Shown: in pieces, positions 12,601-24,600 of the stretch
How positions within the stretch are numbered: the stretch's first letter is position 1
Layout of the letters: each line of letters starts with the position of its first letter
From: Callorhinchus milii
Lineage: Eukaryota
Assembly (NCBI RefSeq): GCF_018977255.1
Contig: NW_024704743.1
Coordinates: forward strand, 16,680,001-16,744,000
Length of the DNA stretch: 64,000 nt
Direction: 5' to 3'
Made by a program: the position numbers and the translations under genes
The notes under the pieces: model-generated
What the model was told of the DNA's origin: nothing
Seen by the model: the letters and a program-made list of their open reading frames with translations, nothing else
The model's database searches: none

Positions 12601-15600
12601 CATTGGTTCAGATATCAAAATAATAACAACAATGTTTGGTCACTCGATCCATGACTAGTTGTGGACACATTGTGGACAACTGACTGCCATGTTTTGCCCC
12701 CACAAAATATAAAGTCAATTCACTTTACAGTATATTCTGTGAAGCACTTTGAGACGTCTCAACGATGTTATAAGGCGTTATATTAAATGCAAGGATTATT
12801 ATTATTATTATATAAGCATTGAATAAATGTGCACAGATATACACAGAAATACACAGCATCCACTAAATAAAATTGCTGCTGTGCACTTTTTTTTTTACTT
12901 TTAGACTCAACAATAGTGGAGTTCCTCGGGGGTTTGAGACAACAGGGCCCTCCTTGTCTAACTGTGCTTTCCCACATGGCATCACAGTGATTCTGCCTAC
13001 CTACCATTGAGCCTTTCTGCCCTTTCACTCCTCGCTCTCCTGGTTGGCCATCCAGCCCGGGATCTCCCTGAAATGGTGAAAAGAAGCAGTTAGTTTACAG
13101 ATGCACAGTAAAGCACGGTTGTTCAACAACAACAACTTGCATTTATGTAGCGGCCCTCACGCAGGGTAGCATCCCAGAGCGCTTGACAGTAGCGGAGCAC
13201 GAAGTCGAGCCAGGGAGAGGGGACAGTGACTGTAGGTACGGTCGAATAGGAAGGTCTTCAGGCGCAACCTGAAGATGGGTCAAAGTGGAGGGATAGAGGA
13301 AGAACGTTCCAGGGTTTCGAGGTATAGTGGCTGAAAGTATGGCCACCGATGGTGGAACGGAGGACACAAGGGACATGTGGAAAGCAGCGGGTTGTGGATT
13401 AAGCAGGTGGGAGAAGTAGAGAGTTGCCAGGGCATGAAGGGATTTGAAAATGAGTGTGAAGATCTTGAAATCGATCCATTAGGGAGCTTGACTAGAACTG
13501 GTGGGATGGGGGTGCGGAGTTTAGTACCAGTGAGTATGTTCGTGAGATATAGGTTAATAAATGACAAACTGTCATGAAATACTAGTTAATAAATGACTGA
13601 TTATTAAGGTATGTTAATTTTTGGGGGGTCAGCTGGGCATTTGACATAGGTGAAAACCCATTATTTCTACTTCTACTGACCAATCTGCCTCTTCCAAGTC
13701 CTACTTGAAATGCATTACAAATGATTCTAGAATACTTTATAACATGAGAATGCACTATGGTTAACCCATGGGTTATTAGATAATATTGTACAATATTGAT
13801 CAATCCTGCGGGCCCTGTACTTACACTTTCTCCTTTCATTCCTTGAGCACCTTCTGCTCCTTTTTGTCCATAATATCCCTGGGGTCCCTGTAGAACAAGA
13901 TGTGAATAGTAAATTGGGAAATTTGTGCACAAGGAATATTTCACTCACTTCAGCAACCCAGCACTCCTACACTAAATTAATTTTGTACAAAAAATTTGTC
14001 TGAGTGTCACATCAAGTAAATCTCAAACAGCTCTGTACCTAGAAATTTTTTATTGGCTGAACCTTAAGACTCATAGCTTGCCATTGAAAGATCGTCTGGT
14101 AAGCTTCCCATTGCTTATCCAGCTGGGCCCACCCTATTTCTTAGGGCTTTCATTTGCAGGGTTAAATATGAGTTGAGCGGGAAGAATCCCTGCTCCCCAT
14201 GACTGGTGTGTGTGTCCCCAAGTCCTGTCAATGGGCAAGACTGGCTTCTGTAGATTTGTCTTGTTTTGCCCCAGGTAAAGGGCACTATATAAATGTATGT
14301 TGCTGTTGTTTTTCTGCTCCTCGTTTCTAGCTGGACTCTGTACTCCGTGGCCTTCACCTAGGTTCTAAATCAAAACCATCTAAAGTTGCTCTAATAAAAG
14401 GAAATTAACATTGTGTAATTGCAAACCTCTGTTAATGTAGCAATCTCTGCTATCCTGAATATTGTGCTGTGAAGAATCTGAGATGGAACCGTGACTTCTT
14501 ACCTGAGGGCCCTGTAATCCTGAGTCACCTTGTTCACCCTAATATGAAAGAGAACCAGTCATGAATGCAGCAAAGACAAAACATATTGAATAACATATTT
14601 TCTGTTGACACAGCAGTTATTGTACACACAGCTTTCTATAGTGTATGTGTGTGTAAAAACATAGGAAAAGCAAAGGATGCAAAGGTCATTTAATCCACTG
14701 AAGCTCATCTATCCTGTACCCTTTCTTACACAATATAGCAGCTTCACCTGGATGTCTCAAATATCTACCACCCTGTCTGGCAGATTCTTCCAAATATTTA
14801 TCAGTTATGGCTCAATGGTGACGGCCCAGTATAGGGTATTGGGTCAGAATCTCCTCTAAATAGGTCCAGTGCTCAAGCCTGGTTGAATTCTTCTTCACTA
14901 AACTTATTTTTAGAAAAAAAAATCTGGTACACAGTATTGGACACTATTCAGTTAAATCCCAGCAACCTCACGCAATTGGGTGCAAGTAGATTCTAGTTGC
15001 CCTTATCTTATAAATTGATCACAAACACATTTGTCCCTCCCATATCTCAGCATTCCAAAGGGACCGCTTCCTCCATAACTCCCTGGTCCACTCCTCCATC
15101 ACCACTAACACTTGCTCTCCCTCCCCCGGCACCTTCCGACGCCAGCACAGAAGATGAAACATCTGCCCATTCACCTCCTCCCATACCACTGTCCAGGGTC
15201 CCAAACATTGCTTCCAGGTGAGACAGCGATTTACATGGACTTCCACCAACCTAGTACACAGTATGCTCTGCTCATGTTGTGGTCTCCTCTACATTGGGGG
15301 AGACCAAACACAGATTAGGTGATCGCTTTGCCGAACACCTCCATTCGGTCTGCAATTGCAACCCTGAGCTTCTGGTTGCTTGCCACTTTAATTCTCCTTC
15401 CCATTCCAACCTCACTGTCCATGGCTTCCAACGCTATTCCAAAGAAGCACATCGCAAGCTCGAGGAACTGCACATCATCTATCTCTTAAGCACCTTACAG
15501 CCCTCTGGCCTCAACATTAATTTTAACCACTTAAGACCTTAACCACAGCTCCCATCTTCTCTCAGTTTTGCTTCCTCCCTCTCCTATAACCATTGACACA

Positions 15601-18600
15601 TCCTCTGGGTTGCAGACACATCTTTTCTTTCTATAATCTCACACTATTTCCTTCTTTTGTCTTGCACCATCAACACCTCTGATCTCATCATCTCCTGTCC
15701 TCCACCTATTTTTTTCCTTTGTTTTCTTTCCCCACCCACTTTGTTTGTCCTTATAAACTGTTCCCTTCCAACATCCTCAGTTCTGACAAAAGGTCATCGA
15801 CCTGAAATGTTAATTCACTTTCCTCTCTCCATAGATGCTGCCTGACCTACTGAGTGTTCCCAGCAACTTCTGTTTTCATATCTTATAGGTTGAGTTCACT
15901 TCTGTATCAGATAAATGGACAGATATGTAGTGTTCTTCTGGACAGCAGAAATGTCTGACTCACTTGGGGTCCTCTGGGTCCAATGTAGCTGTATCCATCC
16001 TTTCCTTTGTCTCCCTGTCAAAGTGGAAACAAATGTAAAGTCAGTCAAGTCAGACAACCAGTCTCACTGGACCCTCCAAACCTTACACTACTGATAAGCA
16101 GTAAGAAAACATGTAACTCCCGTCCAATTTGTGATATAAACAAAGACTGTGATTTATGATAGGGCATCTTAAATCTCCAGTGGACTCCATTTCCTTTCAT
16201 GGACATGCACCAGAGTGACAGGAAAACCAGAAAGCCATCCAGAAACAAAAGTCATATTGAATTTGTGCACAGCTCGAAGCCTCTGTCAACCCACAGTCAG
16301 TAAACAAAACTATCGTCAAATATTCCACACTTAATTTTTGCTTTCGATATAGTTTTTACAATGGTGAATTACCTCAAAGGGTTTCATTAGTTATTGCTGC
16401 TGTACTCACTGTGTATTTGTAGCTAAACACAGTAGCAAATTAGCATATGGAAAGATCTCACAAACAGCCATAACACGAATGAACAATTAATCTACAGAAT
16501 TGTTGGCCAGGACTCTGGGAGAAACTCCCTTTTCTTTTCGAATATTGCCAAGGGATCTTTTACATCCACCCAAACAGGCAGATAGCACGTCAGTTTAAAG
16601 TTTCATCTGAAGGACAGCACCTCCAATAACGCAGCACGTCCCCAGCACCGCACTGGAGCCTCAGCCTCAACTAGGAATTCAAGTGCTGATATGGGACTTA
16701 AACCCACAATCCTCTGAACTAAAGCAACGTGATACCAACTGAATAAGGCTGAGAAGATGTGGGCAATGTCATTGTGAATGTAACATTTTGACACTATATA
16801 TTTACATATGTTAAAACCCTCTCACATTACATCAACTTTACCTTTGCACCTTGCAAGCCAATATCTCCTTGTGGTCCAAAATCTCCAGGTTCACCTATGC
16901 TTCCCTAAATGACAGAAGTGCAGCATTAACATAGTGGTCCTCTTTTCAATTTGTACAATGTGTTAAAGTATCAGCACATGTCTGTACAATACTAGTATTA
17001 GTGTAGTCAGTTAGACTGTTTTCAAAATTATTTGAATATTTGGAAACTATTGAGAAGATCACTGGAGTGACTGATGGTCCTTTGCTTCTTCACGGCATTC
17101 CCATTCTATTAAGTCGATTATCCCATCAAGAGGAACTGAAACGCCGCTTTTCGCAATCAGCAACCACGCTCGTCTTTTGGGTTAAACATTTTTTTCGTTT
17201 CTAATCGATCTCATTCCCTAAAGCGTTCTCAGATACTTCTCTGATGTGAAAGTTGCTAACTAAATGTAAGTTGCTGTTATACAAAGGCTATCCCTTCATG
17301 TTCTGGCATCTCCCTATCTCTGTGCTTTTCTGCTTGACAAACTCAGACCTGCTGCGCGATCCTCATTTCCTCTACCCCTCCATCAACAACAGCAACAAAT
17401 TACATTTATATAGTGGCTTTCACGTCGAAAGGACGTTCCAAGTCACTGGACAGTTAAGGGTTTGCACCTGAGCTGGGTGTTGGAATCAAGAGAGGTAGAT
17501 GATAGGGGGTGTGGGGATGGGGGTCGAAAGGTGGCTGAAGGTATGGTCAAAGAGGAAAGTCTTGAGACAGGCCTTGAAGGAGGCAAGGGAGGGGGCAAGG
17601 TGGAGGGATTCCGCAGTGGAATTCCAGAGGGTGGGGGCAGAAATGCTGAAGGCCCGACCAACAACGGTGGAGCAAGCAGGGCAAGGGACCAAGCTTCAGC
17701 AACTACACCCCTAACCACTGGAATTCCCTCTCTCTAATTCTCCATCTCCCCCACCCCACCATTTGTCTTTAAATCCAGCCTAAATACCTTCCACTTTGAC
17801 CATGCTTGCCGTCACCTCTCCCCCTCCCTTCATCGGCGCCTGACACTGTAATTGTGAAGCCCTCCGAGACATCAGCCTACGTGAAAGGCACCACATCAAT
17901 ATAAGCTGTTACTTGTTGTTGTATCCCATTGTAGCCACATAACAAAACAATTGCTAGAGTTAGTGATCAGCATGTGATAGACCACATTCAGTTGTCCTCT
18001 CCACCGTGAAACTAAACCCTTCACCTTGTCCCCTCCCTTACCTCCGTCACGGCGTGTCTCAAGACTTTCCGCTTTGACCAAGTCTTTGCTCACTCTCCTA
18101 CCCCCACACTCCCTGCCCTCCTCCCCTCCTGATCCCAAGTGCTCCGTGACTCTGGCCCGCGTGAAGAGCGCTACACCAATGCAAGTCGTTGTTGTTGTAA
18201 AACTAATAAAGCAGTGGAATAAAAAAGGCTCAGTTCCAATGTTACTCATGGACTGATCTGCCAGGCTGCACTTACCCGTTCACCCACTCCTCCAGGTTCT
18301 CCAGCAGGGCCCCGTCGCCCGGGAAATCCTGGTGCCCCCTGAAATGTATCAGAAATCTGTTACATTCTTAGAGTTACAGATCTAGCTCTTGATACAGATC
18401 TAGATTTCAATTGAATGCATTAAAAAAAATGACAGAGCAAGTGTCACTTACAGGCTCGCCTGGTTCACCTTTAACTCCAGCTACGTTTCGTGGACCTTCA
18501 GGACCCAAGTCTCCCTGGAAGAAACGAAACCCATTTCACTCCCAAAAATAAACAATGCAGATTGCGGTGCCCAGTAAAATACGTTGGATCCACCATGTGG

Positions 18601-21600
18601 CAATGTGCTCACACTGATGGGCAAGAAGCAACTTACTTTGTTCCCACAATTCTGTCCCCCATTTGAAATTCCATCCCCGATCCCCTTTACCTCGCTCCCT
18701 CCGTTGCCTCTTTCAAGGCGCGTCTCAAAACCCTCCTCTTCAACCGTGCCTTCAGCCACCTTCCCACCCTCCCTGCCTCCACCCTCCCCTGACAATCCAG
18801 TGCCTTGGGATGTCCTCCCGATGTGAAAGGCACTATACAAATGCAATTTTGTATGTTAAGAAACAGTGTGGATTGGTTTGCTTGATTTACATTTCCCACT
18901 TAGCATCCTGTTGAATCGTAGCTGGATACCTTTGGGGAGAAATTTCCCCAGGTCCAGATTTATTCTATTTACGTAACTTTAAAGTGTACAGAATTTGGCA
19001 AATGCTTAAAGGCAGTCTTAATTTTGAAGCCAGTTTTTTGCAGTTCTTATGAGAACTGAAAGGGTGATGGAAGCAGATTCAATAATAACTTTCAAAAGGG
19101 AATTGGATGGATACCTGAAAAGCAAAAACTTGCAAGACATGGGGAAAGAGCGGGGGAGTGGGACTAATTGGATAGTTCTTTCAAAGAGCTGACACAGGCT
19201 CGATGGGCCAATTGGCCTCCTTCTGGTCTGTAAAATTCTCTGATTCTATCTCACAACCTAAATTGAGGCTGTGTTTTCAGAATTTACGAAATTCTGGACT
19301 CTGTAAAATGTCACATAAATAGAATAAACGTAAACCCAGATGGAAGTTCTCCCCATCTATCTTAAAACAGTTTTACGAGTTGAATGTGGCTCACTTACAG
19401 AACGCACCATGCAATATTAATGATTGGATTAATGATTGGATTGAAAAGAAACCAATACTGTTGATGACTGGACCTTTATTTTAGTACTGCCTGATAATCT
19501 TTTTTTAAGTAAATTTATTTTCAATGAATATCCATATCCAGAGTGAGTAGGCTTGAAAATATTTGTCAATAATAAGAATCCTTATGTTTGATATAGTGCC
19601 TTTCATGTCAGAAGGATGTCCCAAAGCAGTTCACAGGAAATAGTGTAAACTGCATTGTATGTGTTCTGTGGGAGAACACAACAGCCAATTTGGGCACAGC
19701 AAAAATTGGGCCCAATTTGTCCAAAAAGTTTTTTTTTTATAATTAAAAAAGGGAAACCTGCCATTTGATGTAACTGTAAGCTATATAACTCAGGTTCACC
19801 TTTCTCTTTGTATTCTAGTGTTTTTGTTAATGTTGTTGCGTATTAGCTATCTGCTAATCCTAAAGTGTTGCTGTATGTGGATCTGTAGTGAGGTCTTAAT
19901 AAATGCAGGGGAGTAGAAATTCCATCTGGGTCTAGATTTACACCGTTTACTTACTTCAGAGTAGTTTGCCAGAACTTGACAAATTGCTGAATTCAGTTTT
20001 AACCTTGAAGCCAACTTAATATTTCAAAATGAAATACTGTATTTAGGAATTTGACATATTCTGAACTCTCTGAGATGCTACATTAATAGACTAAATCTAA
20101 GCCCAGATGGAACTACTACCTTTTTCCTATTGCACCCACTGATCCCTGCAATACTCTTCTTTTTCCTTTATCCAAGCAGATTGATCTGTGCAAGATTCCT
20201 CTCTGTCTGCCATGTTTCTGCTGTTAGAACCATACCTTTTCTCCTTTGCGTCCTTGTGTACCCCGGCTCCCAGCTCTCCCACTCTCACCTCTTGGACCCT
20301 ATCAAGCAATGTAACAGTTTAGCAAAATGCTGAAAACACAAAACATTGAATTAAAACCAAACAAGAAGTTGGAAGAGATAGACTTACCGGATCACCATCA
20401 GTACCAGCTTGTCCAGGGCCCCCCTAGGTTGAACATTAATAAAACGTTTGATAAGATTGTTCTTGGCTTGAAGTGATTCATCAGAACTTTTTATTTAATT
20501 TTAACAATCGTGTTGCCATCGTTACCTTCACTCCTTTCGGTCCTGGAAGACCTGGATTGCCTCTGTATCCAATGGCCCCCTGCGGTTATCAAACAATATA
20601 AAAGTGGTGTTCAAATATTCATTGAAGAAAGACTGGCAAACATTAAAAGCATTGCATTTCCATTCAGAACTCCAGGAACCAGTGGAATGTAATGTACCTT
20701 TTGACCTTGCTCTCCCTTGGTGCCCGTGGGACCGGATCGACCTTGCTGCCCTGCGGAGCCCTGAAAATATACAACATGGGGCAGTCACCCGTGTCAGTCA
20801 GTCAAGGTAACATTCGTTATTTACTGTGCTGTCTCAATAGTGGCTTAGATGTCAACTGCTACAGTTTCTGGTATCTTCTCATAGAGAAGCTTCTAATCTT
20901 GAAGACAGCTGAATAAGTTCTGTACAGTGAGGTTCATGCACACTTACCTTACTGGGGTTTCACAAGCAGCATCACCATGTAGTGAAGGGGATCTTGCTAT
21001 ATTCAAGAGGACTCAGCGTCACATTAAGACGTGATGTGAGAATATGCAAATAGAGCATCTGCGGTGACTTAACCTGTAGACTCACAGAGATTCTGTGCTC
21101 TCTGAGATGGACACTGCTTGAAACACGCTCTGATGCCGCAAAATCCAGTGTATCATCATAATCCTTGCATTTGATATAGTGCCTATCAAATCAAGTCGAA
21201 ACGCTTCAAAACACTGTATACTTTAATCACTGTGAAGTGTGTTGACTATGTAGGCAAATGTGGCAGCTAGTTGGTGCACAGCAAGATCCCATAAAATATC
21301 ACGATCAATTCATCTGGAAGATTATTGGCCAGACCACTAGAAGAAACTCCCTTCTCTTTTTGAACCATGTCATGGAAGCTTTAACAGCCACTTGAGCAGG
21401 AAGACGGCACCTCAGTTTAGCATCTCGTCGGAAGGATGGCACCTCTGACAATACAGCGCTCCCCCAGTATTTCACTGGAGTGTCAGCCTCGACCGTGAAC
21501 TCAACTCCCAGTGTTGGGCGTGAACCCACAACCTTCTGACTCAGAGCCAGAGGACTTCCAGCTGAGCGAGGTTCACAAAAAAAAGTTTGCTTATCAGCTA

Positions 21601-24600
21601 AGTATTGATATTCACTGTGAGACACTAATGTATGCATTACTCACCTTTTCTCCTGCATCCCCTCTTTCCCCTTTTTCACCAGAATCACCAATAGGACCCA
21701 TCAGTCCCTGTAACATTCACAATAAGAGACACCCTAATACACCGGATGACATGGGAACGCAACAATCCCAATAGGGCAAGAATCAAAATACAACAGCTTC
21801 ATTCCCACTCTACACAGCTTATGAGGCACCTCCTTAAGATTCAAACATTTTCATTAAGATTATCATTATCTTAATTTTTAAGACACCTTGTCTTAAAATT
21901 TAACATGGCACAGAATAGCAGGGTATTGGGAATTGATTTGGAAGCCAATTCTTTTCAAAAAAGGAGGAAAGTTGGCTTTAAAGTTATAATAGAAATGAAC
22001 AATTTGCCATAATTTTTCATGACGTTAAATTGAACACAAAATGGCCTTACAAGCTAAGACTAGATGAAATTTCAAACCTTCTTTAAGCTTCTGCAATAAT
22101 GTATAAGATGATGTCTTTACTAGCGTGTAGATGTTTGCATCTTTGCATCTTTGCATGTTTTACTGAAGTCCTGAGAACACGCAGCCTTGAAGCTGATGGG
22201 CTGTTTTAAATTGCACTTTCAGTAAAGTCATTATTGTTTCTGTTATTCAGCACTTCATTAAGCCATATACTGCTTAAGCAGTTCAATTCAATCCCAGAAT
22301 AAAGTGATTAAGATTGTTCCAGTTATAGTGGGGTTGAAAGAACGTTCATTGGGAAAACAATGGCATAAATGAATCTCCTTCTGGAAAAACACAGAGAAGG
22401 TGAGATTCACTTTAAGTCCTGAGGAGCTTTTACCAGTCTGAGGTCCCATTTACATTGTTGCTTTCCTGAGCAATGATCTTTGAACCTCAACATATTTTTT
22501 GGTGAATAATGCAACAACAACATGTTTCTTGCTTTTTTTAAGGTGAAAACAACAAAAAAAAACAGTCCGCAAACATAACGCTGAGCTGTTGTGTAATGGA
22601 GCTCTCCATTGCAAAGCTATTAAAAAGCACAAATGAAGGTATTGGACTTACCGGTAAACCAGGCTCCCCTTTGCAGCCAGGATCTCCTATGTGGCCACGC
22701 TTTCCCTAGGACAACATGATTCAGGCAATTCAGTAGCATTCTTTTGCTATGTCTTACAATCAACCATGCTGTAATCTTTAAAGCTACAACAATGTAAAGT
22801 GAGGCTTTTGTTACCTTAACTCCATGAATTCCATTAAATCCATGATCTCCAACTTGCCCCTTTAAAGGAAAAAATAAATGGTATATTAAATATTTATAAA
22901 GTAGCATCTCAATGAATAATAATACTAATAATCCTTGCATTTGATATAGCGCCTTATCACATCCTCGAGACGTCTCAAAGAGCTTCGCAACAATTCGCTA
23001 TTGTAAAGTGATTTGGTTGTATATTCTGTGGGCGAGGTGCGGCAGCCAATTGCGCACAGGAGAGTCCCATAAACACTTAGATTGAGTGACCAAATTATTA
23101 TTGTTATTATTTTATTTGAAGGGATTATTTTTGCTGGGAAAGCAATTTGCCAATCGACTACCAACCGGGTTCCTACTTACTGCTAATTAGACAGAGGCAT
23201 GTGGAGTAAAGAAAGTTGGCTAAGATTTCACCCTGCCCAGGAATTGAACCCTGGTCCTCTTGCTTGCGAGGCGAATGCTCTAACCAATATGCTACAGGAT
23301 TCCATGAATAATGTAATTTGGGGGATTGTTGGCCAGTACAATGGGGGAATCTGACTTCTCCTGTTGATATGTGCAGTGGGATATATAACAGCTACGTGAA
23401 CAGCTACAGATGGGACCTTTGTTTAACACCTCATCCAAGTGCACTGCATTGGAGTGTCAACATGGACTTCAAGCTCAAAATCCCAGCATGAGATTAACTA
23501 AATATTTACACGCAGTTTGCGCTATTGCGCTAAAGCACTGGAAGTTATAGAATAATCATAATTCTTGCATTTGGTATAGCACGTTTCACGTCAGGAAGAC
23601 ATCTCAAAGCGCTTCACAAGATTTACTGTAAAGTGCAGTGACTGTGTATTTGTAGGTGAACGTGGCACTCAATTGCGAAGAGCAATGTCCCACAAAGAAC
23701 TATGAAAAACAATTGAGCAATTTTACTTGAGGGATTGTTGATCAGGACCCGGGGAGAAACTCCCTTCTATCTCATTGTCAAGTCGTCTCAACGTGCTTCA
23801 AGGATTTTACTGTGAAGTGCGGGGACTATTTATTTGAAGTTTCAGAAAACTCCTTGTTCGTGTAAAGAGTCTGGATATCTTAAAGCTAATATATTAGCAA
23901 TTAACCTAGCAACTACCCAATTTGCGAATACCGCATTTTATGCTCTAATAATTTCTGAGTGTCTGCCACACTGTACATTAATGTGCTCACTGTGATAGTA
24001 ACATGGACTCAAACACTATGCATTCCCCCATCTTCATTTCTGAAACTGAATACAATCCACACAATGAATATTGATGGTTAGAAATTATCATCTGTTTAAC
24101 TTCAAGTTAAATGAATGCACAAGTGCACAATAGGAGCACAAGTTAGCAGTGTTAGGAACAACAAATAACGACAAATTATATTTGTATAGCGCCTTTCATG
24201 TCAGGAGGACATCCCAAAGCAACAATAACCATTTGCATTAATATAATGCACTTCACCTAGGATAGTATCTCAGGAGGGGTGGGGGCTGTAAAGTGGTAGG
24301 GTTGTATGCCGAGCAAGGGGAAGGGGGAGGTGACTAAAAGCATAATCGAAAGGGTAAATCTGTGATATAAAGATAGATAAAGAGGGGACAAGGCAGAGGG
24401 ATTGAGGCAGGAGTTCTAGAGTTTAGGGGAATAGTGACTGAAGGCATGGTCACCGATTGTGGTGTTGGGGAAGAGCAGCAGATCTGCGCCAGCTGAGAGA
24501 AGGGAGGAATGGGCAGAGGAGTGGGGTACAAATCAGATGGATTGATGCAAGGAGGCAGGGAGCAATCTTGTAGAAAGGTCACAGGAAATCTTTAAATCCA

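Noticed and set aside
22370..22409. Small hairpin TGAATCTCCTTCT...AGAAGGTGAGATTCA
   Set aside because: Only a 13-bp bulged stem, too short for a pre-miRNA and expected by chance in 64 kb.
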